Shown here in pieces: positions 24,734 to 25,065 of a DNA stretch of 25,065 nt (within the stretch, counting starts at the first letter, position 1; each line of letters starts with the position of its first letter). The notes beneath the pieces were generated by a model. The model had not been told where the DNA came from and ran no database searches. It saw only the letters and a list, made by a program, of their open reading frames with translations. Position numbers and translations under genes: made by a program. Origin of the DNA: an uncultured Deinococcales bacterium (GTDB lineage Bacteria; Deinococcota; Deinococci; Deinococcales; JAAFIG01); contig CAXTTL010000046.1 of assembly GCA_964247135.1 (NCBI GenBank), forward strand, positions 1 to 25,065. The letters run 5' to 3'.

Positions 24734-24869
24734 CAAACCTTAATCAGAGCGGGTTTCAGGGGTAACTCGAGAATTGCGTTAAGGTAACGCAGAAGTCATC
24801 CTAAATTGTGTTTGCCTTGTTCAGTTTCAGCGTTTGTACTAAACTTTAAACCAATGAGGAACGATTGAG

Positions 24870-25065
24870 ATGGCAAGAGACAAATACCACCAAGCTGTCA
24901 AGGTTGCGCTCGAGAAAGCTGGTTGGAACGTCACAAATGACCCGTATTATCTTGATTTTGGTGGTGTCAACTACGAAATAGATTTGGCAGCCGAAAACAT
25001 TTTAGCAGCCGAGCGTAACGGCGAACGAATTGCCATTGAAGTCAAAAGCTTTTTGCGTGATAGCG
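24870..25065 (+). CDS. xisH: XisH family protein (3'-partial; not in ORF track)
   Basis: Manual translation MARDKYHQAVKVALEKAGWNVTNDPYYLDFGGVNYEIDLAAENILAAERNGERIAIEVKSF matches the XisH N-terminal pattern (D.yH.aVk.AL.K.GW.iT.DP...iDL.AE...AAE....IAvEvKSF). Confidence 0.85.
   Translation, partial: MARDKYHQAVKVALEKAGWNVTNDPYYLDFGGVNYEIDLAAENILAAERNGERIAIEVKSFLRDS

Overview
A mostly chromosomal segment of a Deinococcota (Deinococcus-Thermus) bacterium with only moderate GC by eye. The assignment rests on a Thermus-type pilMNOWQ operon, a homoisocitrate dehydrogenase, a TTHA1809-like hydrolase and several apparently leaderless genes. Left to right the window holds: the 3' end of an alpha-2-macroglobulin gene, an HExxH protein, a LivJ/K-type binding protein, an HpnI/GT21-like glycosyltransferase, a Ser-less alpha/beta hydrolase, tRNA-Cys and tRNA-Val, pilMNOWQ, thyX, an S9 peptidase, hicd, a class III cyclase-STAND fusion, a DUF4097/SHOCT/DUF2089 operon, a TetR regulator, a DUF11 lipoprotein, rpsO and tRNA-Leu. 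A small accessory tail follows, with a Phd/YefM antitoxin, a RelE/ParE toxin that has no in-frame start, and a partial xisH missing from the ORF track. The most striking unexplained signal is the palindrome CTCGAG: about 145 copies by manual count versus about 6 expected. It occurs in all reading frames and in terminators, promoters and a tRNA, resembling a HIP1-like highly iterated palindrome system.
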